Below are positions 1 through 13,467 of a stretch of DNA of 64,000 bases, one piece after another. This DNA is from Nitrospirales bacterium. Its GTDB lineage: Bacteria; Nitrospirota; Nitrospiria; Nitrospirales; UBA8639. The position numbers were made by a program, and so were the translations under genes. The notes beneath the pieces were generated by a model. That model was not told the DNA's origin. It saw only the letters and a list, made by a program, of their open reading frames with translations, and searched no databases. The DNA is taken from NCBI GenBank assembly GCA_965203295.1, contig CBDBCZ010000018.1, forward strand, positions 2,176,001 to 2,240,000, written 5' to 3'. How positions within the stretch are numbered: position 1 is the stretch's first letter; every line of letters starts with the position of its first letter.

Positions 1-3000
1 TGAATAACCAGTTCCTTTCTTGAAGATCGATACTTCCTAAGCATGTATTGTATCTGACAAACATCATTCAAACTAAACAAGCCTTTGAATAACAAGTTCT
101 TTTCCTAAACAGTTGGGAAGGGTCAGATCAATGGTAGCCAGTTACTTTGGCTGAAAGTCTTTGCCTGAGACCAACAAACTAAAAATTTTCAATAAAATCC
201 TACTTTCCTAATCTTCAGGCTAACATCAACAAAACTAATCAAGCCTTTGAATAACCAGTTCTTTTCCTAAACAGTTGGGAAGGGTCAGATCAATGGTAGC
301 TAGTTACTTTGGCTGAAAGTCTTTGCTAGAGACAAACAAAACTAACGATTTTCTATAAAATACTTCTTTCCTAACCTGCAGACTAACATCAACCAAACTA
401 AATAAGCATTTGAATAACAAGTTCCTTTCTTGAACATCGATACTTCCTAAGCATGTATTGTATCTGACTAACATCATTCAAACTAAACAAGCCTTTGAAT
501 AACAAGTTCTTTTCCTAAACAGTTGGGAAGGGTCAGATCAATGGTAGCTAGTTACTTTGGCTCAAAGTCTTTGCTAGAGACCAACAAAACTAACAATTTT
601 CAATAAAATCCTCCTTTCCTAATCTGCAGACTAACATCAACCAAACTAAACAAGCCTTTGAATAACCAGTTCCTTTATTGAACATTGATACTTCCTAAGC
701 ATGTATTGTATCTGACTAATATCATTCAAACAAAACAAGCCTTTGAATAACCAGCACTTATCCAAAATAGTTCGGAAAGGTCAGATCAATGGTAGCTAGT
801 AACTTTGGCTTAATTAAAGTCATTGAAAGAGACCAACAAAACTAACAATTTTAAATAAAATCCTTCTTTCCTAATCTTAAGGCTAACATCAACAAAACTA
901 AACAGGCCTTTGAATAACAAGTTCTTTTTCTAAACAGTTGGGAAGGGTCAGATAAATGGTAGCTAGTTACTTTGGCTTAAAGTCTTTGCTAGAGACCAAC
1001 AAAACTAACAATTTTCAATAAAATCCTTCTTTCCTAATCTTCAGACTAACATCATTCAAACTAAAAAAGCCTCTGAATAACCAGTTCTTTTCCTAAACAG
1101 TTAGGAAGGGTCAGATCAATGGTAGCTAGTTACTTTTGCTGAAAGACTTTGCCTGAGACCAACAAAACTAACAATTTTCAATAAAATCCTTCTTTCCTAA
1201 TCTTCAGACTAACATCAACCAAACTAAACAAGCCTTTGAATAACCAGTTCCTTTCTTGAACATCGACACTTCCTAAACATGTATTGTATCCGACTAACAT
1301 CATTAAAACTAATCAAGCCTTTGAATAACCAGTTCTTTTCCTAAACAGTTGGGAAGGGTCAGATCAATGGTAGCCAGTTACTTTGGCTGAAAGTCTTTGC
1401 CTGAGACCAACAAAACTAACAATTTTCAATAAAATCCTTCTTTCCTAATCTTCAGACTAACATCATTCAAACTAAACAAGCCTTTGAATAACAAGTTCTT
1501 TTCCTAAACAGTTAGAAAGGGTCAGATCAATGGTAGCTAGTTACTTTTGCTGAAAGTCTTTGCCTGAGACCAACAAAACTAACAATTTTCAATAAAATTC
1601 TTCATTCCTAATCTTCAAACTAAACAATTTTCAATAAAATTCTTCTTTCCTAATCTTCAGACTAACATCAACCAAACTAAACAAGCCTTTGAATAACCAG
1701 TTCCTTTCTTGAACATCGATACTTCCTAAGCGTGTATTGTATCTGACAAACATCATTCAAACTAAACAGGCCTTTGAATAACCGGTTCATTTTCTAAACA
1801 GTTGGGAAGGGTCAGATAAATGGTAGGTAGTTACTTTGGCTTAAAGTCTTTGCTAGAGACCAACAAAACTAACAATTTTCAATAAAATCCTTCTTTCCTA
1901 ATCTTCAGACTAACATTATTCAAACTAAACAAGCCTTTGAATAACCAGTTCCTTTCTTGAACATTGATCATGTATTGTATCTGACTAATATCATTCAAAC
2001 AAAACAAGCCTTTGAATAACCAGCTCTTTTTCTAAATAGTTTGGAAGGATCAGATCAATGGTAGCCAGTTACTTTGGCTTAGAGTCTTTGCAAGAGACAA
2101 ACAAAACTAACAATTATCAATAAAATCCTTCTTTCTTAATCTTCTGGCTAAAATCAACGAAACTAAACAGGCCTTTGAATAACCAGTTCTTTTTCTAAAC
2201 AGTTGGGAAGGGTCAGATAAATGGTAGCAAGTTACTTTGGCTTAAAGTCTTTGCTAGAGACCTACAAAACTAACAATTTTCAATAAAATCCTTCTTTCCT
2301 AATCTTCAGACTAACATCAACCAAACTAAACAAGCCTTTGAATAAACAGTTCCTTTCTTGAACATCGACACTTCTTAAACATGTATTGTATTCGACTAAC
2401 ATTATTAAAACTAATCAAGCCTTTGAATAACCAGTTCTTTTCCTAAATAGCTGGGAAGGGTCAGATCAATGGTAGTTAGTTACTTTGGCTCAAAGTCTTT
2501 GCTAGAGACCAACAAAACTAAAGATTTTCTATAAAATACTTCTTTCCTTATCTGCAGCCTAACATCAAGCAAACTAAACAAGCCTTTGAATAACCAGTTG
2601 CTTTCTTGAACATCGATACTTCCTAAGCATGTATTGTATCTGACTAAAATCATTCAAACTAAACAAGCCTTTGAATAAACAAGTTCTTTTCCTAAACAGT
2701 TGGGAAGGGTCAGATCAATGGTAGCCAGTTACTTTGGCTGAAAGTCTTTGCCTGAGACCAAAAAAACTAACAATTTTTAATAAAATCCTTCTTTCCTAAT
2801 CTTCAGGCTAACATCAACAAAACTAAACAGGCCTTTGAATAACCAGCTCTTTTTCTGAATAGTTGGGAAGGGTCAGATAAATGGTAGCAAGTTACTTTGG
2901 CTTAAAGTCTTTGCTAGAGACCAACAAAACTAACAATTTTCAATAAAATCCTTCTTTCCTAATCTTCAGACTAATATCAACCAAACTAAACAAGCCTTTG

Positions 3001-6000
3001 AATAACCAGTTCCTTTCTTGAACATTGATACTTCCTAAGCATGTATTGAATCTGACTAATATCATTCAAACAAAACAAGCCTTTAAATAACCAGCTCATT
3101 TTCTAAATAGTTCGGAAGGGTCAGATAAATGGTAGCTAGTAACTTTGGCTTAAAGTCTTTGCTAGAGACCAACAAAACTAACAATTTTCAATAAAATTCT
3201 TCTTTCCTAATCAACTTACTTTTGCTGAAAGTCTTTGCCTGACACCAACAAAACTAACAATTTTCAATAAAATTCTTCATTCCTAATCTTCAAACTAAAC
3301 AATTTTCAATAAAATCTTTCTTTCCTAATCTTAAGACTAACATCAACCAAACTAAACAAGCCTTTGAATAACCAGTTCCTTTCTTGAACATCGATACTTC
3401 CTAAGTGTGTATTGTATCTGACAAACATCATTCAAACTAAACAGGCCTTTGAATAACCAGTTCTTTTCCTAAACAGTTAGGAAGGGTCAGATCAATGGTA
3501 GCTAGTTACTTTGGCTGAAAGTCTTTGCCAGAGACCAACAAAACTAACAATTTTCAATAAAATCCTTCTTTCCTAATCTTCAGACTAACATCATTCAAAC
3601 TAAACAAGCCTTTGAATAACCAGTTCTTTTCCTAAACAGTTAGGAAGGGTCAGATCAATGGTAGCTAGTTACTTTGGCTGAAAGTCTTTGCCTGAGACCA
3701 ACAAAACTAACAATTTTCAATAAAATCCTTCTTTCCTAATCATCAGACTAACATCAACCAAACTAAACAAGCCTTTGAATAACCAGTTCCTTTCTTGAAC
3801 ATCGACACTTCCTAAACATGTATTGTATCCGACTAACATCAATAAAACTAATCAAGCCTTTCAATAACCAGTTCCTTTCTTGAACAGCGATACTTCCTAA
3901 GCATGTATTGTATCTGACTAACTTCATTCAAACTAAACAAGCCTTTGAATAACCAGTTCTTTTCCGAAACAGTTGGGAAGGGTCAGATCAATGGTAGCCA
4001 GCTACTTTTGCTGAAAGTCTTTTCCTGAGACAAACAAAACTAACAATTTTCAATAAAATCCTTCTTTCCTAATCTTAAGACTAACATCAACCAAACTAAA
4101 CAAGCCTTTGAATAACCAGTTCCTTTCTTAAACATCGACACTTCCTAAACATGTATTGTATCCGACTAACATCATTAAAACTAATCAAGCCTTTGAATAA
4201 ACAGTTCTTTTCCTAAACAGTTGGGAAGGGTCAGATCAATGGTAGCTAGTTACTTTGGCTCAAAGTCTTTGCTAGAGACCAACAAAACTAACGATTTTCT
4301 ATAAAATACTTCTTTCCTAATCTGCAGACTAACATCAGGCAAACTAAACAAGCCTTTGAATAACTAGTTCCTTTCTTGAAGATCGATACTTCCTAAGCAT
4401 GTATTGTATCTGACTAACATCATTCAAACTAAACAAGCCTTTGAATAACAAGTTCTTTTCCTAAACAGTTGGGAAGGGTCAGATCAATGGTAGCCAGTTA
4501 CTTTGGCTGAAAGTCTTTGCCTGAGACCAACAAACTAACAATTTTCAATAAAATCCTACTTTCCTAATCTTCAGGCTAACATCAACAAAACTAATCAAGG
4601 CTTTGAATAACCAGTTCTTTGCCTAAACAGTTGGGAAGGGTCAGATCAATGGTAGCTAGTTACTTTGGCTGAAAGTCTTTGCTAGAGACAAACAAAACTA
4701 ACGATTTTCTATAAAATACTTCTTTCCTAATCTGCAGACTAACATCAACCAAACTAAATAAGCATTTGAATAACCAGTTCCTTTCTTGAACATCGATACT
4801 TCCTAAGCATGTATTGTATCTGACTAACATCATTCAAACTAAACAAGCCTTTGAATAACAAGTTCTTTTCCTAAACAGTTTGGAAGGGTCAGATCAATGG
4901 TAGCTAGTTACTTTGGCTCAAAGTCTTTGCTAGAGACCAACAAAACTAACAATTTTCAATAAAATCCTCCTTTCCTAATCTGCAGACTAACATCAACCAA
5001 ACTAAACAAGCCTTTGAATAACCAGTTCCTTTATTGAACATTGATACTTCGTAAGCTTGTATTGTATCTGACTAATATCATTCAAACAAAACAAGCCTTT
5101 GAATAACCAGCACTTATCCAAAATAGTTCGGAAAGGTCAGATCAATGGTAGCTAGTAACTTTGGCTTAATTAAAGTCATTGAAAGAGACGAACAAAACTA
5201 ACAATTTTCTATAAAATCCTTCTTTCCTAATCTTCAGGCTAACATCAACAAAACTAAACAGGCCTTTGAATAACCAGTTCTTTTTCTAAACAGTTGGGAA
5301 GGGTCAGATAAATGGTAGCTAGTTACTTTGGCTTAAAGTCTTTGCTAGAGACCAACAAAACTAAAAAATCCTTCTTTCCTAATCTTCAGACTAACATCAT
5401 TCAAACTAAACAAGCCTTTGAATAACCAGTTCTTTTCCTAAACAGTTAGGAAGGGTCGGATCAATGGTAGCTAGTTACTTTTGCTGAAAGTCTTTGCCTG
5501 AGACCAACAAAACTAACAATTTTCAATAAAATCCTTCTTTCCTAATCTTCAGACTAACATCAACCAAACTAAACAAGCCTTTGAATAACCAGTTCCTTTC
5601 TAGAACATCGACACTTCCTAAACATGTATTGTATCCGACTAACATCATTAAAACTAATCAAGCCTTTGAATAACCAGTTCTTTTCCTAAACAGTTGGGAA
5701 GGGTCAGATAAATGGTAGCCAGTTACTTTGGCTGAAAGTCTTTGCCTGAGACCAACAAAACTAACAATTTTCAATAAAATCCTTCTTTCCTAATCTTCAG
5801 ACTAACATCATTCAAACTAAACAAGCCTTTGAATAACAAGTTCTTTTCCTAAACAGTTAGAAAGGGTCAGATCAATGGTAGCTAGTTACTTTTGCTGAAA
5901 GTCTTTGCCTGAGACCAACAAAACTAACAATTTTCCATAAAATTCTTCATTCCTAATCTTCAAACTAAACCATTTTCAATAAAATCCTTCTTTCCTAATC

Positions 6001-9000
6001 TTCAGACTAACATCAACCAAACTAAACAAGCCTTTGAATAACCAGTTCCTTTCTTGAACATCGATACTTCCTAAGCGTGTATTGTATCTGACAAACATCA
6101 TTCAAACTAAACAGGCCTTTGAATAACCAGTTCATTTTCTAAACAGTTGGGAAGGGTCAGATAAATGGTAGGTAGTTACTTTGGCTTAAAGACTTTGCTA
6201 GAGACCAACAAAACTAACAATTTTCAATAAAATCCTTCTTTCCTAATCTTCAGACTAACATTATTCAAACTAAACAAGCCTTTGAATAACAAGTTCTTTT
6301 CCTAAACAGTTGGGAAGGGTCAGATCAATGGTAGCTAGTTACTTTGGCTCAGAGTCTTTGCTAGAGTCCAACAAAACTAACAATTTTCAATAAAATCCTC
6401 CTTTCCTAATCTGCAGACTAACATCAACCAAACTAAACAAGCCTTTGAATAACCAGTTCCTTTCTTGAACATTGATACTTCGTAAGCATGTATTGTATCT
6501 GACTAATATCATTCAAACAAAACAAGCCTTTGAATAACCAGCACTTATCCTAAATAGTTCGGAAAGATCAGATCAATGGTAGCTAGTAACTTTGGCTTAA
6601 TTAAAGTCATTGCAAGAGACCAACAAAACTAACAATTTTCAATAAAATCCTTCTTTCCTAATCTTCAGGCTAACATCAACAAAACTAAACAGGCCTTTGA
6701 ATAACCAGTTCTTTTTCTAAACAGTTGGGAAGGGTCAGATAAATGGTAGCTAGTTACTTTGGCTTAAAGTCTTTGCTAGAGACCAACAAAACTAACAATT
6801 TTCAATAAAATCCTTCTTTCCTAATCTTCAGACTAACATCATTCAAACTAAACAAGCCTTTGAATAACCAGTTCTTTTCCTAAACAGTTAGGAAGGGTCA
6901 GATCAATGGTAGCTAGTTACTTTTGCTGAAAGTCTTTGCCTGAGACCAACAAAACTAACAATTTTCAATAAAATCCTTCTTTCCTAATCTTCAGACTAAC
7001 ATCAACCAAACTAAACAAGCCTTTGAATAACCAGTTCCTTTCTTGAACATCGACACTTCCTAAACATGTATTGTATCCGACTAACATCATTAAAACTAAT
7101 CAAGCCTTTGAATAACCAGATCTTTTCCTAAACAGTTGGGAAGGGTCAGATCAATGGTAGCCAGTTACTTTGGCTGAAAGTCTTTGCCTGAGACCAACAA
7201 AACTAACAATTTTCAATAAAATCCTTCTTTCCTAATCTTCAGACTAACATCATTCAAACTAAACAAGCCTTTGAATAACAAGTTCATTTTCTAAACAGTT
7301 AGAAAGGGTCAGATCAATGGTAGCTAGTTACTTTTGCTGAAAGTCTTTGCCTGAGACCAACAAAACTAACAATTTTCAATAAAATTCTTCATTCCTAATC
7401 TTCAAACTAAACAATTTTCAATAAAATCCTTCTTTCCTAATCTTCAGACTAACATCAACCAAACTAAACAAGCCTTTGAATAACCAGTTCCTTTCTTGAA
7501 CATCGATACTTCCTAAGCGTGTATTGTATCTGACAAACATCATTCAAACTAAACAGGCCTTTGAATACCCAGTTCATTTTCTAAACAGTTGGGAAGGGTC
7601 AGATAAATGGTAGTAGTTACTTTGGCTTAAAGTCTTTGCTAGAGACCAACAAAACTAACAATTTTCAATAAAATCCTTCTTTCCTAATCTTCAGACTAAC
7701 ATCATTCAAACTAAACAAGCCTTTGAATAACAAGTTCTTTTCCTAAACAGTTAGGAAGGGTCAGATCAATGGTAGCTAGTTACTTTGGCTGAAAGTCTTT
7801 GCCTGAGACCAACAAAACTAACAATTTTCAATAAATCCTTCTTTCCTAATCTTCAGACTAACATCAACCAAACTAAACAAGCCTTTGAATAACCAGTTCC
7901 TTTCTTGAGCATCGACACTTCCTAAACATGTATTGTATCCGACTAACATCATTAAAACTAATCAAGCCTTTCAATAACCAGTTCCTTTCTTGAACAGCGA
8001 TACTTCCTAAGCATGTATTGTATCTGACTAACATCATTCAAACTAAACAAGCCTTTGAATAACCAGTTCTTTTCCTAAAATGATGGGAAGGGTCAGATCA
8101 ATGGTAGCCAGTTACTTTGGGTGAAAGTCTTTTCCTGAGACAAACAAAACTAACAATTTTCAATAAAATCCTTCTTTCCTAATCTTCAGACTAACATCAA
8201 CCAAACTAAACAAGCCTTTGAATAACCAGTTCCTTTCTTAAACATCGACACTTCCTAAACATGTATTGTATCCGACTAACATCATTAAAACTAATCAAGC
8301 CTTTGAATAACCAGTTCTTTTCCTAAACAGTTGGGAAGGGTTAGATCAATGGTAGCTAGTTACTTTGGCTCAAAGTCTTTGCTAGAGACCAACAAAACTA
8401 ACGATTTTCTATAAAATACTTCTTTCCTAATCTGCAGACTAACATCAGGCAAACTAAACAAGCCTTTGAATAACTAGTTCCTTTCTTGAAGATCGATACT
8501 TCCTAAGCATGTATTGTATCTGACTAACATTATTCAAACTGAACAAGCCTTTGAATAACATGTTCTTTTCCTAAACAGTTGGGAAGGGTCAGATCAATGG
8601 TAGCCATTTACTTTGGCTGAAAGTCTTTGCCTGAGACCAACAAAACTAATAATTTTCAATAAAATCCTACTTTCCTAATCTTCAGGCTAACATCAACAAA
8701 ACTAAACAGGCCTTTGAATAACCAGCTCTTTTTCTAAACAGTTGGGAAGGGTCAGATAAATGGTAGAGGGTTACTTTGGCTTAAAGTCTTTGCTAGAGAC
8801 AAAAAAAACTAACAATTTTAATTAAAATCCTTCTTTCCTAATCTGCAAACTAACATCAGGCAAACAAAACAAGCCTTTGAATAACCAGTTCTTTCTTGAA
8901 GATCGATACTTCCTAAGCATGTATTGTATCTGACTAACATCATTCAAACTAAACATGCCTTTGAATAACAAGTTCTTTTCCTAAACAGTTGGGAAGGGTC

Positions 9001-12000
9001 AGATCAATGGTAGCCAGCTACTTTGGCTGAAAGTCTTTGCCTGAGACCAACAAAACTAACAATTTTCAATAAAATCCTACTTTCCTAATCTTCAGGCTAA
9101 CATCAACAAAACTAATCAAGCCTTTGAATAACCAGTTCTTTTCCTAAACAGTTGGGAAGGGTCAGATCAATGGTAGCTAGTTACTTTGGCTGAAAGTCTT
9201 TGCTAGAGACCAACAAAACTAACGATTTTCTATAAAATACTTCTTTCCTAATCTGCAGACAAACATCAACCAAACTAAATAAGCATTTGAATAACCAGTT
9301 CCTTTCTTGAACATCGATACTTCCTAAGCATGTATTGTATCTGACTAACATCATTCAAACTAAACAAGCCTTTGAATAACAAGTTCTTTTCCTAAACAGT
9401 TGGGAAGGGTCAGATAAATGGTAGCCAGTTACTTTGGCTGAAAGTATTTGCCTGAAACCAAAAAAACTAACAATTTTCAATAAAATCCTTCTTTCCTAAT
9501 CTTCAGACTAACATCATTCAAACTAAACAAGCCTTTGAATAACCAGTTCTTTACCTAAACAGTTAGGAAGGGTCAGATCAATGGTAGCTAGTTACTCTGG
9601 CTGAAATCTTTGCCTGAGACCAACAAAACTAACAATTTTCAATAAAATCCTTCTTTCCTAATCATCAGACTAACATCAACAAAAACTAAACAAGCCTTTG
9701 AATAACCAGTTCCTTTCTTGAACATCGACACTTCCTAAACATGTATTGTATCCGACTAACATCATTAAAACTAATCAAGCCTTTCAATAACCAGTTCCTT
9801 TCTTGAACAGCGATACTTCCTAAGCATGTATTGTATCTGACTAACATCATTCAAACCAAACAAGCCTTTGAATAACCAGTTCTTTTCCTAAACAGATGGG
9901 AAGGGTCAGATCAATGGTAGCCAGTTACTTTGGGTGAAAGTCCTTTCTTGAGACCAACAAAACTAACAATTTTCAATAAAATCCTTCTTTCCTAATCTTC
10001 AGACTAACATCAACCAAACTAAACAAGCCTTTGAATAACCAGTTCCTTTCTTAAACATCGACACTTCCTAAACATGTATTGTATCCGACTAACATCATTA
10101 AAACTAATCAAGCCTTTGAATAACCAGTTCTTTTCCTAAACAGTTGGGAAGGGTTAGATCAATGGTAGCTAGTTACTTTGGATCAAAGTCTTTGCTAGAG
10201 ACCAACAAAACTAACGATTTTCTATAAAATACTTCTTTCCTAATCTGCAGACTAACATCAGGCAAACTAAACAAGCCTTTGAATAACTAGTTCCTTTCTT
10301 GAAGATCAATACTTCCTAAGCATGTATTGTATCTGACTAACATCATTAAAACTAAACAAGCCTTTGAATAACCAGTTCCTTTCTTGAACATCGATACTTC
10401 CTAAGGATTATTGTATTTGACTAACATCATTCAAACTAAACTAGCCTTTGAATAACCAGCCCTTTTTCTAAACAGTTGGGAAGGGTCAGATCAATGGTAG
10501 CTAGTGACTTTGGCTTAAAGTCTTTGCCTGAGACCAACAAAACTAATAATTTTCAATAAAATCCTACTTTCCTAATCTTCAGGCTAACATCAACAAAACT
10601 AAACAGGCCTTTGAATAACCAGCTCTTTTTCTAAACAGTTGGGAAGGGTCAGATAAATGGTAGAGGGTTACTTTGGCTTAAAGTCTTTGCTAGAGACAAA
10701 AAAACTAACAATTTTAATTAAAATCCTTCTTTCCTAATCTGCAAACTAACATCAGGCAAACAAAACAAGCCTTTGAATAACCAGTTCCTTTCTTGAAGAT
10801 CGATACTTCCTAAGCATGTATTGTATCTGACTAATTAGTCATTCAAACTAAACATGCCTTTGAATAACAAGTTCTTTTCCTAAACAGTTGGGAAGGGTCA
10901 GATCAATGGTAGCCAGCTACTTTGGCTGAAAGTCTTTGCCTGAGACCAACAAAACTAACAATTTTCAATAAAATCCTTCTTTCCTAATCTTCAGACTAAC
11001 ATCAACCAAACTAAACAAGCCTTTGAATAACCAGTTCCTTTCTTGAACATTGATCAAGTATTGTATCTGACTAACATCATTCAAACTAAACAAGCCTTTG
11101 AAAAAACAAGTTCGTTTCCTAAACAGTTGGGAAGGGTCAGATCAATGGTAGCCAGTTACTTTGGCTGAAAGTCTTTGCCTGAGACCAAAAAAACTAACAA
11201 TTTTCAATAAAATCCTTGTTTCCTAATCTTCAGGCTAACATCAACAAAACTAAACAGGCCTTTGAATAACCAGCTCTTTTTCTAAATAGTTGGGAAGGGT
11301 CAGATAAATGGTAGCAAGTTACTTTGGCTTAAAGTCTTTGCTAGAGACCAACAAAACTAACAATTTTCAATAAAATCCTTCTTTCCTAATCTTCAGACTA
11401 ACATCAACCAAACTAAACAAGCCTTTGAATAACAATTTCCTTTCTCGAACATCGACACTTCTTAAACATGTATTGTATTCGACTAACATCATTAAAACTA
11501 ATCAAGCCTTTGAATAACCAGTTCTTTTCCTAAGTAGCTGGGAAGGGTCAGATCAATGGTAGTTAGTTACTTTGGCTCAAAGTCTTTGCTAGAGACCAAC
11601 AAAACTAAAGATTTTCTATAAAATACTTCTTTCCTTATCTGAAGCCTAACATCAAGCAAACTAAACAAGCCTTTGAATAACCAGTTGCTTTCTTGAACAT
11701 CGATACTTCCTAAGCATGTATTGTATCTGACTAACATCATTCAAACTAAACAAGCCTTTGAATAAACAAGTTCTTTTCCTAAACAGTTGGGAAGGGTCAG
11801 ATCAATGGTAGCTAGTTACTTTGGCTGAAAGTCTTTGCCTGAGACCAAAAAAACTAACAATTTTCAATAAAATCATTCTTTCCTAATCTTCAGGCTAACA
11901 TCAACAAAACTAAACAGGCCTTTGAATAACCAGCTCTTTTTCTAAATAGTTGGGAAGGGTCAGATAAATGGTAGCAAGTTACTTTGGCTTAAAGTCTTTG

Positions 12001-12369
12001 CTAGAGACAAAAAAACTAACAATTTTCAATAAAATCCTTCTTTCCTAATCTTCAGACTAACATCAACCAAACTAAACAAGCCTTTGAATAACCAGTTCCT
12101 TTCTTGAACATTGATACTTCCTAAGCATGTATTGAATCTGACTAATATCATTCAAACAAAACAAGCCTTTAAATAACCAGCTCATTTTCTAAATAGTTCG
12201 GGAGGGTCAGATAAATGGTAGCTAGTAACTTTGGCTTAAAGTCTTTGCTAGAGACCAACAAAACTAACAATTTTCAATAAAATTCTTCATTCCTAATCTT
12301 CAAACTAAACAATTTTCAATAAAATCCTTCTTTCCTAATCTTCAGACTAACATCAACCAAACTAAACAA

Positions 12370-13467
12370 GCCTTTGAATAACCAGTTCCTTTCTTGAACA
12401 TTGATACTTCCTAAGCATGTATTGAATCTGACTAATATCATTCAAACAAAACAAGCCTTTAAATAACCAGCTCATTTTCTAAATAGTTCGGAAGGGTCAG
12501 ATAAATGGTAGCTAGTAACTTTGGCTTAAAGTCTTTGCTAGAGACCAACAAAACTAACAATTTTCAATAAAATTCTTCTTTCCTAATCAACTTACTTTTG
12601 CTGAAAGTCTTTGCCTGACACCAACAAAACTAACAATTTTCAATAAAATTCTTCATTCCTAATCTTCAAACTAAACAATTTTCAATAAAATCCTTCTTTC
12701 CTAATCTTCAGACTAACATCAACCAAACTAAACAAGCCTTTGAATAACCAGTTCCTTTCTTGAACATTGATACTTCCTAAGCATGTATTGAATCTGACTA
12801 ATATCATTCAAACAAAACAAGCCTTTAAATAACCAGCTCATTTTCTAAATAGTTCGGAAGGGTCAGATAAATGGTAGCTAGTAACTTTGGCTTAAAGTCT
12901 TTGCTAGAGACCAACAAAACTAACAATTTTCAATAAAATTCTTCTTTCCTAATCAACTTACTTTTGCTGAAAGTCTTTGCCTGACACCAACAAAACTAAC
13001 AATTTTCAATAAAATTCTTCATTCCTAATCTTCAAACTAAACAATTTTCAATAAAATCCTTCTTTCCTAATCTTCAGACTAACATCAACCAAACTAAACA
13101 AGCCTTTGAATAACCAGTTCCTTTCTTGAACATTGATACTTCCTAAGCATGTATTGAATCTGACTAATATCATTCAAACAAAACAAGCCTTTAAATAACC
13201 AGCTCATTTTCTAAATAGTTCGGAAGGGTCAGATAAATGGTAGCTAGTAACTTTGGCTTAAAGTCTTTGCTAGAGACCAACAAAACTAACAATTTTCAAT
13301 AAAATTCTTCTTTCCTAATCAACTTACTTTTGCTGAAAGTCTTTGCCTGACACCAACAAAACTAACAATTTTCAATAAAATTCTTCATTCCTAATCTTCA
13401 AACTAAACAATTTTCAATAAAATCCTTCTTTCATAATCTTCAGACTAACATCAACCAAACTAAACAA
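12370..13467. repeat. Three near-identical 366-bp higher-order units inside the satellite
   Basis: Anchors at 12370, 12736, 13102 and 13468. Each unit has GTATTGAATCTG, GCCTTTAAATAACC and the rearranged junction CCTAATCAACTTACTTTTGCTG. Confidence 0.9.

Noticed and set aside
118..150. tRNA A-box-like CAGATCAATGGTAG in the L monomer
   Set aside because: No B box or cloverleaf follows.
1415..1470. Hammerhead ribozyme in the L monomer (minus strand CTGAAGA-TTAG-GAAA)
   Set aside because: Core-like words are present, but I could not form stem II or find stem I/III partners by eye.
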